This document shows positions 24,826-33,503 of a DNA stretch of 41,641 bases, one piece after another. The stretch spans positions 1 to 41,641 of the forward strand of contig CAZOPU010000003.1 in the NCBI GenBank assembly GCA_964581965.1. Direction: 5' to 3'. The DNA comes from an uncultured Methanosarcinales archaeon. GTDB taxonomy: Archaea; Nanobdellota; Nanobdellia; Woesearchaeales; 21-14-0-10-32-9. Below the pieces are notes generated by a model. That model saw only the letters and a list, made by a program, of their open reading frames with translations. It did no database searches and was not told where the DNA came from. The translations under genes were made by a program, and so were the position numbers. Every line of letters begins with the position of its first letter. Position 1 is the stretch's first letter.

Positions 24826-25995
24826 TTATAATAATTCTATTTGCCCGCTGAGAACTCTGAGAATTTTTCCAGATTTTGAAAGTATTAGCTTTCTGTGTCT
24901 TTTGGAATTTGGGAAATACAATCTTTTTAATTTTAATCTTGCCTTTTCCAGTTTTGCTTTAGGACCAAAGTGAGTGATTTGATTTTCTTGGAGGTTTGCA
25001 CTGGAAAGAGCCTTTAGTGAAAGAGCAGATGATAAATGAGACACAGTCCCTATTTCCATTATTATGCTAATAGTTGTTGCTGATTTTGAATTATTATAAA
25101 AATAATCAGTTATAGATCCTGAGTGTGCCAAGCTGCTTATTCTTGATAATTTTCTTGATTTAAGATTTTTGAAAACAGATTTCATGGAAATAAATTCAGG
25201 CGAATTTTCAGGATTTTCGCAGTACGATGAAATTGAATTCCTTTTTCCTAATCCTGTGTGAATATCCAAAAGAATTGTTTTTTTATAATTCCGAGTAAAC
25301 TTGTCTATTGTTTCCTTGAATATTTTTGTGGATTTTTCTTCTCTTAGACCTATGAATCCTACTCCCTCAGGGTACAAATTTTGTCCAAGAGATCCTGCTT
25401 GTATTGCTCCCTCAATTCCGTGCTTGAGTAAAACTTTTGCTAGGACAACACTGTATTTTGACTCTTCGATTAAGTTATTTTTTCTGGGACATCCAGGAGA
25501 AAATATTTTTTTATGCTTTAGAAAAAGTTCCTTGAATTTACTATCTACTGCGCCGTCTGACTTATAATTAGTTAAACAGTTCCTATTTAGGTCTACATTA
25601 GATTCATTTACTCTCCTGTTATTTCTGAAACCGTATGGATTGTACGCATGGATAAGCAAAACAGAAAATGAGTTTTTGAATTGAGAGAATATCTTATCCA
25701 TATAATATATCTGAAGTGCGCTTCCAGCATAGCCTTCTACACCGTGGACTCCTGAAACAATTATAATCAGCTTATCCTTTCCTGAATCGCTGAATGCAAA
25801 GTCAACTGTAAGTCCATCTTCTATTTTTTCAGACCATGTAATTAGATTTTTTGTTGCATTTCTGAATTTCTCTCTTGCCTCGAAATAGTCCTCTGAGAAA
25901 TATTTTTTTATATCCTTTTCATATCGCGCCGAGTTATTTTTTGGCCTTTTGGAATCAGATAGATGTTTTGTTTTTAGTTTTAGGTATTCAATCAT
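24826..25995 (-). CDS. DUF2817-family protein (M14-like zinc carboxypeptidase / N-acyl-amino-acid amidohydrolase fold)
   Basis: Family-typical N-terminus YFSEDYFEAREKFRNA. HxxE zinc motif in IIVSGVHGVEGYAGSA. Also IHAYNPYGF...NESNVDLNRN and a second His in LLDIHTGLG. Confidence 0.75.
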   Translation of the reverse strand: MIEYLKLKTKHLSDSKRPKNNSARYEKDIKKYFSEDYFEAREKFRNATKNLITWSEKIEDGLTVDFAFSDSGKDKLIIIVSGVHGVEGYAGSALQIYYMDKIFSQFKNSFSVLLIHAYNPYGFRNNRRVNESNVDLNRNCLTNYKSDGAVDSKFKELFLKHKKIFSPGCPRKNNLIEESKYSVVLAKVLLKHGIEGAIQAGSLGQNLYPEGVGFIGLREEKSTKIFKETIDKFTRNYKKTILLDIHTGLGKRNSISSYCENPENSPEFISMKSVFKNLKSRKLSRISSLAHSGSITDYFYNNSKSATTISIIMEIGTVSHLSSALSLKALSSANLQENQITHFGPKAKLEKARLKLKRLYFPNSKRHRKLILSKSGKILRVLSGQIELL

Positions 25996-27565
25996 TTTCT
26001 ATCATCTCTGCTATCTGAAAGTTGTTTCTGAACTCAGAATTCCTAGAGACATATATTGGCTTTGGCTGACCTGACCTAGATACTCTTTTCTTGTCAAATG
26101 CATCATAGCTACCTTTTTTTAATAAAGTCAAACGAGGAAAATCCATCCTTCCAAATTCATTCCTCATCTGTTTGTAATCCGATATATTTCTCTGAAGCGA
26201 ATCATCTATTATTCTCAAAAATTTTCTTGCATCATCTTTAGACATGTTTTTTTCCGGCTCTATAAGAATTTCATATCTTGGCTTCCTAGAAGGAGATATA
26301 AGTGGGAGAAATGTAAAAGATCTTAGCTTTATTCTGTATGATTTCATTGCATCCTGCATGCTTTCTATAATTATATTTTCGTGAGCAAGCTCCCCTGCAA
26401 TGTTGAGATAATTATTTCTGTTGACAAATTCTATTAATGGAAGTTTCCCTCTGAATCCTGCAACTTTTACTATGTCTCCCATGTCATATCTGTAAAGTCC
26501 TTCAGGCGTTGTTATTATGACTAAGTATTCTTTTCCTTTTTTTACCTTGTCTGCAGTAATTGGTTTTCCTAGCGATTTGCCCTCTTTCTGCTCCCAGAAC
26601 TCAAAAAAATATTCATTTGCAGTAATCATTCCAGCTATTCCCTCTTCCTCTATGCAAAGAGAGAGCCTTCCTTCACTGCTGTATATACCAGGATCTCTTA
26701 TCAATATATCTTCTTTTCCTATTTTTTCTTTTAGCGTTTCAAGGTATATTTGGTTTGTTTTTGACTTTATGCAATTTATGAGAAATAACTCAGGCCATAT
26801 TTTAGCAGGAGTAAATTCTTTTATTTTTTTCAAACGATCTGCAGTTTTAGCTTTTCCTTTTTTTCTTAGCTCTCTTATTAGCATCTCTCTGTTTTTTTTC
26901 AGGTAATCAAAGAAAAGTATCGCTTCTATAGGGGATGCAAAACCTATTTGAGTTATTTTGCTTTGAAGTGCAGCAATAGCTATTTTTTTTGTTTTCTCCT
27001 CGAAGTTCATTGTGTTGTAAACTTTAGGATTTACCACCATTTTTTGTTTTATGAACCAAGGAGTCTTGTGTGCAAGATATCCTGATATGCTCCCGCAAGG
27101 CACTCCTTTTGCAGTATAAAATTCCAAGTAAGGCCCTGCAAAATAAAGTGTTTTTCCTTTCAATAGTCCTCTAAATTTTTTTAGCATAAAAAAACCCCAC
27201 AAAGCCAGCTCTCGTCTATGAATCCGCTCCCTTTCTGCAGTTACAGGAATTAGCTTGACTGATTTTGTGGTCCCCGAGGTTGTCGCAAAATAAATTACCT
27301 TGTCCTTTGTTAAAATATTCTTTTCCTTGTTCTTTTGTTTTTCTATGTAAGGAAGTATGTCTTCATAGGATACAACAGTAACTTTTTTCTGAAATTCTGC
27401 AACTGAATGTATATTATTGAACCCATAAGCTTTGCCATACTCTGTATTTTTGTTTCTTGAAACTATTCTAAGTAGAACTCTTTCCTGGACTTTCTTTGGA
27501 TTCTTCAATGATTCGTTGAATTCTTTTATGAAATTGAAATTATCAGTTATAAACCTTGCAATCAT
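25988..27565 (-). CDS. GH3-family adenylate-forming acyl-acid amido synthetase homologue
   Basis: GH3 N-terminus ...EFQKKVTVVSYEDILPYIE. The three adenylation motifs are present: ATTSGTTKSVKLIP, IYSSEG and LYRYDMGDIVKV. It overlaps the downstream DUF2817 gene by 8 nt. Confidence 0.85.
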   Translation of the reverse strand: MIARFITDNFNFIKEFNESLKNPKKVQERVLLRIVSRNKNTEYGKAYGFNNIHSVAEFQKKVTVVSYEDILPYIEKQKNKEKNILTKDKVIYFATTSGTTKSVKLIPVTAERERIHRRELALWGFFMLKKFRGLLKGKTLYFAGPYLEFYTAKGVPCGSISGYLAHKTPWFIKQKMVVNPKVYNTMNFEEKTKKIAIAALQSKITQIGFASPIEAILFFDYLKKNREMLIRELRKKGKAKTADRLKKIKEFTPAKIWPELFLINCIKSKTNQIYLETLKEKIGKEDILIRDPGIYSSEGRLSLCIEEEGIAGMITANEYFFEFWEQKEGKSLGKPITADKVKKGKEYLVIITTPEGLYRYDMGDIVKVAGFRGKLPLIEFVNRNNYLNIAGELAHENIIIESMQDAMKSYRIKLRSFTFLPLISPSRKPRYEILIEPEKNMSKDDARKFLRIIDDSLQRNISDYKQMRNEFGRMDFPRLTLLKKGSYDAFDKKRVSRSGQPKPIYVSRNSEFRNNFQIAEMIEND

Positions 27566-27627
27566 TTTATTAAGCTACTAAACTGCGCTGTTTTAAAAAA
27601 CTATCTGAAAAGAAATAATTTTTATTT

Positions 27628-29013
27628 TTACTCTTTAGATTTTAATTTTTCATCTCTCTTTTTTTCCCTGAATTTTCTTCTCATTTCCTTTTGCTCTTCT
27701 GTAAGTCTGGGAACTCCTTTTTTAGTTGTACTCCTTTCCGCCTTTAATCTGGCATATTGAAGAGGATTCTTTATTTTTGGGCAAAACGAGTCTGGAGCGC
27801 ATACTCTAAGATCCTGATAATATTGCATGCAGTTATGAGGAGGGACAACATCCCTTGTTTTTTTAGCCTGAAAAATCTGGCCTTTCAAATATACCTCCCT
27901 GAGAGGTTCTGGATTTTTCTTGTTCCAATCGTACACTTTCTGCTCTACTGCATCCATATTCCATCCTGACCCTTTAAGAAAATTTATCATTGTAAACAAA
28001 GCCCTTTTCTTTCCATCCTCCATTCCGGATAGCATTGTCTTTATGCATGGAGGAAAATTCTCTTCTGCAATAGCCTCAGCAGGCAAATCATATTCTTTTC
28101 TTTCTTTTTCACCTTGTTTTTCAGATGGATAAAAATCAAATGCATTAAGAAGCAACATCTGCGCTTCTCCTCTTTTAGCGGATTTTCTATCCAAAAATGG
28201 AATGGAAAATTTAACTTTATCAGGCTCTGCCATTTCTTTTTTGAATTTAAGTATCTTATCCGTTTCAACGGGAACACTCGCAAGCATTGATTTTTCATGC
28301 AAAGAATAAGGCATCCTGTATAAATGCCGTGGAGCAATAAGTATGGTATCTATTTCCAAAAATCTTTCTGCATCCAAAACTAATTCGTCAAATCCTTCTG
28401 CATTTTTTTCCTTCTTAACAATTTCCTCATACTTAACTCCTGTTCTTTCCACCACTTTTGAAATGTCTTTCTCTATAGATATTATTCCTTTTTCAAGAAC
28501 AGGTTTTAATTTGTCCCTTAGATAGAACGCAATTTTCCTAGGCGCCTCTGGAAAAAGATTTTTTGTATCAACACCATTTATCTGCTCCGGAAATGCCTCA
28601 AAAGGCACAGCAATGTGAAATCCCTTATTCCCTGAAAACTTGCATGTGACGCTGTTTATTCCAAGGTCTTTTAGCATTGCAACCAAATAATACGCAGCCA
28701 GCTTGCTGTAAGCAAAATGATGACAATCTATATCTAAAATCAAGTCCCACCCGATTCTTAATTCTTCTATTTCCTGCTTTTTCATCTCTGACTTAAGATT
28801 AAGTGGATTAAGCCAAAGCTCCTCAGAACAATGAAAGCTTGTAGCCTTTTTTTTTGCAAATTCCAAGACGTCCTCTTCATACATAAGTATATCTGGTCTC
28901 TTCCCAAAAAAGTCAGAAAATCTTATTGCAATCTCTTTATTTTGTGCCTGCTCGACTAGAGCTTTCTGCACATCTCTCCTCTTATAATAAGATAATGTTT
29001 TTGCAAGAAGCAT
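27628..29013 (-). CDS. priS: DNA primase, single-chain fusion of the PriS catalytic domain and a PriL-type C-terminal Fe-S domain
   Basis: PriS motifs are WDLILDIDCHH (DxD), KFSGNKGFHIAVPF and RHLYRMPYSLHEKS. The C-terminal part (residues ~310-425, nt 27739..28086) carries the PriL hallmark FPPCIKTML...ALFTMINFLKGSGW. It has four Cys (PPC, HNC, RVC, SFC). Confidence 0.85.
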   Translation of the reverse strand: MLLAKTLSYYKRRDVQKALVEQAQNKEIAIRFSDFFGKRPDILMYEEDVLEFAKKKATSFHCSEELWLNPLNLKSEMKKQEIEELRIGWDLILDIDCHHFAYSKLAAYYLVAMLKDLGINSVTCKFSGNKGFHIAVPFEAFPEQINGVDTKNLFPEAPRKIAFYLRDKLKPVLEKGIISIEKDISKVVERTGVKYEEIVKKEKNAEGFDELVLDAERFLEIDTILIAPRHLYRMPYSLHEKSMLASVPVETDKILKFKKEMAEPDKVKFSIPFLDRKSAKRGEAQMLLLNAFDFYPSEKQGEKERKEYDLPAEAIAEENFPPCIKTMLSGMEDGKKRALFTMINFLKGSGWNMDAVEQKVYDWNKKNPEPLREVYLKGQIFQAKKTRDVVPPHNCMQYYQDLRVCAPDSFCPKIKNPLQYARLKAERSTTKKGVPRLTEEQKEMRRKFREKKRDEKLKSKE

Positions 29014-29108
29014 AGAAAGAGAAAGAAAGGGTTGTTTTTATTTATTGCGAAAAATGAATTGAAAAATTTTTTAAAGAAATACAAACTCAAAAAATTAAGG
29101 TGAACAAA

Positions 29109-29969
29109 ATGGTTGGAACTATATTGGTAACAGGCGCTACTGGAACTATTGGACGTGAAGCAGTCAAACAGTTATTGCTCGCAAAGGCAAAAGTGAGAGC
29201 AGGAATATATAATGATAAGGAAAACGATAAGTTTGATTTCGTGGGTGCAGAGAATGTGCATTTTGACTTTGAAAATAATGAAAGTGTTAATTCTGCTTTG
29301 AATGGAGTGGAAAAAGTTCTCTTAATAACTCCGTTTACAGAGAAAATGGTAGATTACACTAGAAATTTTGTCTACGCAGCTAAAAACGCAGGAGTGAAGC
29401 ATATTCTTAGAATATCGATGATGAATGCAGATCCAAATTCTCCATCAAGTGCACTGAGGATGCATGCGGAATGTGAGTCAATTGTAGAAAACTCAGGAAT
29501 TCCATTTACAATACTCAGACCTAATTGGTTCATGCAGGATTTCCTCAATTATGCATCTACAATAAAAAATCCGGGGGTTTATCGTGCACCCATAAATCTG
29601 AAAGGAAGCATAAGCTTTGTAGATGCCAGAGATGTTGCTAGCATATGCGCACTCGCATTGACAAACAACGGAGGAGGAGTTTATACACTGACAGGACCTC
29701 AGACGTTCACGTATAGACAAGTAGAAGATAATTTTGCATATGTACTTACAAAAAGGGTAATATTCAAAGAGATGAAAGATGAAGAGTTCAGGAGCACAAT
29801 GACAGGGTATGGTCTTAGTGAGTGGCAGATAAATGCCCTCCTTGAGCTTTATGATGAAGCAGAGAAAGGTGTTTTTATGGAAATAATTCCTACAACTTCA
29901 GAGATACTAGGAAGAAAACCTGAAACATTCAAGACTTTCATTAAGGCTTATTCAAAAGAATTTAGATGA
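29109..29969 (+). CDS. NmrA-like / atypical SDR NAD(P)-binding protein
   Basis: Rossmann motif ILVTGATGTIGREAV. The track ORF starts at a GTG (29100) that lies inside the SD AAGGTGA. ATG 29109 follows that SD by 5 nt. Confidence 0.8.
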   Translation: MVGTILVTGATGTIGREAVKQLLLAKAKVRAGIYNDKENDKFDFVGAENVHFDFENNESVNSALNGVEKVLLITPFTEKMVDYTRNFVYAAKNAGVKHILRISMMNADPNSPSSALRMHAECESIVENSGIPFTILRPNWFMQDFLNYASTIKNPGVYRAPINLKGSISFVDARDVASICALALTNNGGGVYTLTGPQTFTYRQVEDNFAYVLTKRVIFKEMKDEEFRSTMTGYGLSEWQINALLELYDEAEKGVFMEIIPTTSEILGRKPETFKTFIKAYSKEFR

Positions 29970-30018
29970 ATTGGCTCTTTTTTGTTTTTATTTAATTATT
30001 AAATATTTTAAAAAAGAA

Positions 30019-32046
30019 TTATATTTTGCTTACAAATCCTGGCTTTGGACTGAACAAGTCTCCGGCACGTTTTAATTTATCTATTACCTCTGCTGCTTTT
30101 TCATCTGAGACATCCCTTACTCCTGCCTCCCTTATAACATCCTCGATAGGGATTATTTTTCCAAAATTCTTCTCCAATTCATTTATAACTTCCTTTACAA
30201 CAGCTATTGCTCCCCTCTGTGAAGAAGTTATTCCTGTTGCAATTCTGTCAATGTCAAATTTGCCTGTCTCTGCGTCCATTCCAATTAATGAAAGACAATG
30301 ATGAAGCAAATCTATGGCTCTTTGCGCATCTTTCTTTGTGACTGTATGAGAAAGCCTTGTTCTTGCAGAAGCTTCTGCCAGTCTTATTAATCCCTCCAGC
30401 TGACGGGCGCTTATAGGTATGCTTTGAATTTTATCCTCAGGATTGCCTGAGTTTCTCATGCTTACAAAATAATTTTTTATCTCGTTTAATGCCTGGTCTG
30501 TCAATTTTGGAAAGACTGATTGCTTTGCGTAGCCAACATACTTCTTTATCATCACAGTTTCAAATCTGGCAGGTCCTTCTGTTCCTGAGCTTTCCTCCTT
30601 GTGCAGTTTTAGGATAAATGAAGCTAGTTTTTCATCCCTCTCCGCATTTGGCAAATCCTTGACAGGAAAAATAAGATCAAATCTATTTATCAATGTAGAT
30701 GGCAATTCTATTTGCTTTGCCAATATTTCATATGGATCGAATCTTCCGAACTTAGGATTGGCTGCAGCTAAAACTGTAGTTTCAGACCTTAGTGTTGCTT
30801 GTATGTTAGCTTTGCTTATAGATATTGTCTGCTGCTCCAGTGCTTCATGCATTGCAGATGTGTCTTCTTTTGTCATCTTGTCTAACTCATCTATACATAC
30901 CAAACCTTTGTTTGCAAGAACCAATGCTCCTGCTTCTAACGCCCAACCTTTAAGGAATTCGTCTTTTACGACTGCAGCAGTTAGGCCAGCCCCAGATGCA
31001 CCTTTTCCTGAAACAAACCTTGATTTTGGAGCCACAAGAGACATTCTTTTAAGCAACTGGGACTTTCCGCTTCCAGGATCTCCCACAAGTAGTATGTGTA
31101 TATCTCCTCTTCTTTGAACTCCGTCACTTTGTTTTTTCTTGCACCCTCCAAACAACTGAAGTACAAGAGCCTCTTTTATTCTTTCATGCCCATAAACAGT
31201 AGGCGCAATTGAGTCTATAAGCTTCTCGTATATGACTGGGTCTTTTGACATTTGCATAAGCTCTTCTTTTTCCTCGGGAGACAATACAAGCGAAGTAAAC
31301 TCCTCCTGGACAGGCTCTATGTAATTTGCATCTATCATAAGGTCAAATCTTGTCGAAATACCCCCTGAGGCGAGCACTATCGGTATTTCCTTAAGGACAC
31401 CAATTACAATTATTTTGCTTCCGGGATTCGTTTTTTTATCTGAAAGAGGACTTACAAGGTCATTCTTTAGGAAAACATTTATCCTCTTTGGCTGCTCTCC
31501 TCCGTCAAGATCCTCGCTGGCTTCCTCTAGAACTATTTTTTGAGCATCCACAAGCTCTTTTGATATAAGATGAAACTTCCCTTTCCTTCCGCAACTGCAA
31601 GATGATGGCTCCTTGAACTTTGTGTCCACTTGTATTATTGAAATTATATTGCCGCAACTAGGGCATTCAAACCTCGCACTAGTAACTTGAGGTCTTACAT
31701 CGCTCTTTTGCCTTACTATTCCTTGAAATTGGTAAAATTTGTTTATGTTCTTGCTTCTTATGTTGCTTATTAATATCCTAGACGAGTCTGGAAGATTTTT
31801 GAGTCTTACATTTATTGAAATTCCCTCAACTCCCAAGTCAAATTTTGATATAGCGTATTCTGCAGCCTTTATTGCATCTTCTGGTCTTTCTAAGATTTCC
31901 TCTGCTAAATTTAGGTCGAATTTAGAAAGCTCGGAGAAGTCTATTGATATTGATTCCTCACCCTTTGCAGCCTTGTCAAGGAGCTCAGATTTATGACTCG
32001 TTTCAAAGAAATCCTGAAATTTAGATATTTGCTCCTGTGCATCCAT
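30019..32046 (-). CDS. mcm: MCM replicative helicase
   Basis: Zinc motif CPSCGN...CSCG. Walker A LLVGDPGSGKSQLL. Walker B CIDELDKM. Arg finger NRFDLIF. Sensor 2 SARQLEGLIRLAEA. C-terminal winged helix. No intein. Confidence 0.95.
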   Translation of the reverse strand: MDAQEQISKFQDFFETSHKSELLDKAAKGEESISIDFSELSKFDLNLAEEILERPEDAIKAAEYAISKFDLGVEGISINVRLKNLPDSSRILISNIRSKNINKFYQFQGIVRQKSDVRPQVTSARFECPSCGNIISIIQVDTKFKEPSSCSCGRKGKFHLISKELVDAQKIVLEEASEDLDGGEQPKRINVFLKNDLVSPLSDKKTNPGSKIIVIGVLKEIPIVLASGGISTRFDLMIDANYIEPVQEEFTSLVLSPEEKEELMQMSKDPVIYEKLIDSIAPTVYGHERIKEALVLQLFGGCKKKQSDGVQRRGDIHILLVGDPGSGKSQLLKRMSLVAPKSRFVSGKGASGAGLTAAVVKDEFLKGWALEAGALVLANKGLVCIDELDKMTKEDTSAMHEALEQQTISISKANIQATLRSETTVLAAANPKFGRFDPYEILAKQIELPSTLINRFDLIFPVKDLPNAERDEKLASFILKLHKEESSGTEGPARFETVMIKKYVGYAKQSVFPKLTDQALNEIKNYFVSMRNSGNPEDKIQSIPISARQLEGLIRLAEASARTRLSHTVTKKDAQRAIDLLHHCLSLIGMDAETGKFDIDRIATGITSSQRGAIAVVKEVINELEKNFGKIIPIEDVIREAGVRDVSDEKAAEVIDKLKRAGDLFSPKPGFVSKI

Positions 32047-32118
32047 TTTTTAACCTTCCAGCTTGAAATGTAAAGAAAATAAAAATAATCTGCCCTGAAA
32101 CCCGCTAGTTTTCCGGAA

Positions 32119-32733
32119 TTAGTTCTTGCCTTTGACTTTGTTGAGGTTAATCAAGAGCATATCGATTGCCTTGTGAACCATTTCTTCCGACTTGGTTCCT
32201 GTACAGACTATTTTTCCGTTGCTGAATAATAAGAATGTAGCCTTGGCTTCCATTAACTTATATACCAAGCCTGGAAACTGCTCTGGCTCGTATTCTGTAT
32301 TGTCTAGCTTCATAGCCAAAGTGTTAAGATTCAAGTCCATGCCTATGCTTCCGCTAGCTACTATGTTTTGAACGTTTATTTTTGGTTTTATCTTTATTTT
32401 TATTCCTATTTTCTCTAGGCTTTCAATAATCTTTTTTATGCTCTCATCTACCTTTTCTAGGCTTCTTGCTCCTGTACAAACTATGTTTCCTGAACTGAAT
32501 ATAAGTGCAGATGTTTTAGGATCCTTTATTCTTATAACCAGACCTGGAAATTGCTCAGGGTTGTACTCAGTGTTGCTAAGAGTAGCAGCCATTTTCTCCA
32601 GAGGAATATCATGCTCCAAGCTAGAAGAAACAACTATATTAACGACAGTTATATTTTTATGCGGATCAAAATCAGATTGCTTAGGTTCAGCTTTCTTTTT
32701 TTGGACAGTTTTCATTGCTGGTTTAGATGCCAT
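32119..32733 (-). CDS. tbp: TATA-box binding protein (basic N-terminal extension, no acidic tail)
   Basis: Two TBP repeats: NIVVSSSLEHDIPLEKMA...EQFPGLVIRI and NIVASGSIGMDLNLNTLA...EQFPGLVYKL. Confidence 0.95.
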   Translation of the reverse strand: MASKPAMKTVQKKKAEPKQSDFDPHKNITVVNIVVSSSLEHDIPLEKMAATLSNTEYNPEQFPGLVIRIKDPKTSALIFSSGNIVCTGARSLEKVDESIKKIIESLEKIGIKIKIKPKINVQNIVASGSIGMDLNLNTLAMKLDNTEYEPEQFPGLVYKLMEAKATFLLFSNGKIVCTGTKSEEMVHKAIDMLLINLNKVKGKN

Positions 32734-32768
32734 TTTTACCCCCCTTATAATAAAAGTATTACTTTTTA

Positions 32769-32790
32769 TTTATAAAGAAAAGAAGGGGTA
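32769..32790 (+). repeat. Degenerate ORB-like element, opposite orientation to the two below
   Basis: TTTATAAAGAAAAGAAGGGGTA matches 15 of 22 positions of the reverse complement of the conserved element (TTCCATAGGAAATGAAGGGGTG). It keeps GAAA-GAAGGGGT and loses the TTCC half-site. Confidence 0.3.
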
Positions 32791-32851
32791 TTTATAAATG
32801 CTTTTATATTTTAAAAACTATTTCCAAATACTATATTTCAAATATAATATG

Positions 32852-32874
32852 CCCCCTTTATTTCCTATGGAAAT
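32852..32874 (-). repeat. Origin-recognition-box (ORB)-like element, copy a
   Basis: Plus strand reads CCCCCTTTATTTCCTATGGAAAT. It has the dyad ATTTCC-TAT-GGAAAT with a C/G-string at fixed spacing. Confidence 0.6.
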
Positions 32875-32936
32875 ACATGAAATGAGCTAAAACCTACTTA
32901 AAAACCATATTAAGCACTAAACCAGTATACTAAACA

Positions 32937-32958
32937 CACCCCTTCATTTCCTATGGAA
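32937..32958 (-). repeat. Origin-recognition-box (ORB)-like element, copy b
   Basis: Plus strand reads CACCCCTTCATTTCCTATGGAA. It lies 86 bp from copy a and is identical over 17/17 comparable nt to the element at 41625..41641. Confidence 0.6.
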
Positions 32959-33098
32959 CTTCTAAAGAGGACCTCTCAGAGGATACATAAAACAGCAGAT
33001 GACTAAAATTCCCCTGCAAATCGCGAGCATCATTAAGATTAAGTACAATTTGAAAAAAACTGACAAATGTTTTTAAACAAGATTAAGTTCCCATTATC

Positions 33099-33449
33099 AT
33101 GATCGCGACATTCTATGCGCAAGATTATCTTATCTTTCTTGAACCTTCAAAAAAAGAAGCCGAAAGTCTTCTGGAAGGAAAAGTGCTAGAGTCAAATTTG
33201 CTTGAATCAGGAAATAATCTTGGAAAAATTGTGAAGCTATATATACAAAAAAATGAAGGAGTAGATGGAATATCCTCAAAGAATATTCCTTCAGGAAAGG
33301 GATGGGATAATATATTGCAAATACATTTCGTGATGGATTATAATGCATATACCTCTCTTGTACAAAATGGAAAAGTAGGAACTAGAATATCATCGTACAG
33401 CTGCGTGGAAATACTTAACGGAACAGACAGCTACATAGCAAACGATTAA
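33099..33449 (+). CDS. Hypothetical protein (116 aa, no recognisable family)
   Basis: ATG ORF with a TATA-like GTTTTTAAAC centred about 26 nt upstream. No motifs recognised. Confidence 0.45.
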   Translation: MIATFYAQDYLIFLEPSKKEAESLLEGKVLESNLLESGNNLGKIVKLYIQKNEGVDGISSKNIPSGKGWDNILQIHFVMDYNAYTSLVQNGKVGTRISSYSCVEILNGTDSYIAND

Positions 33450-33503
33450 TTCTCCCCTAACTCCTACTAAAACTATATAAATACACCAATAATTCTTTTA
33501 ATC

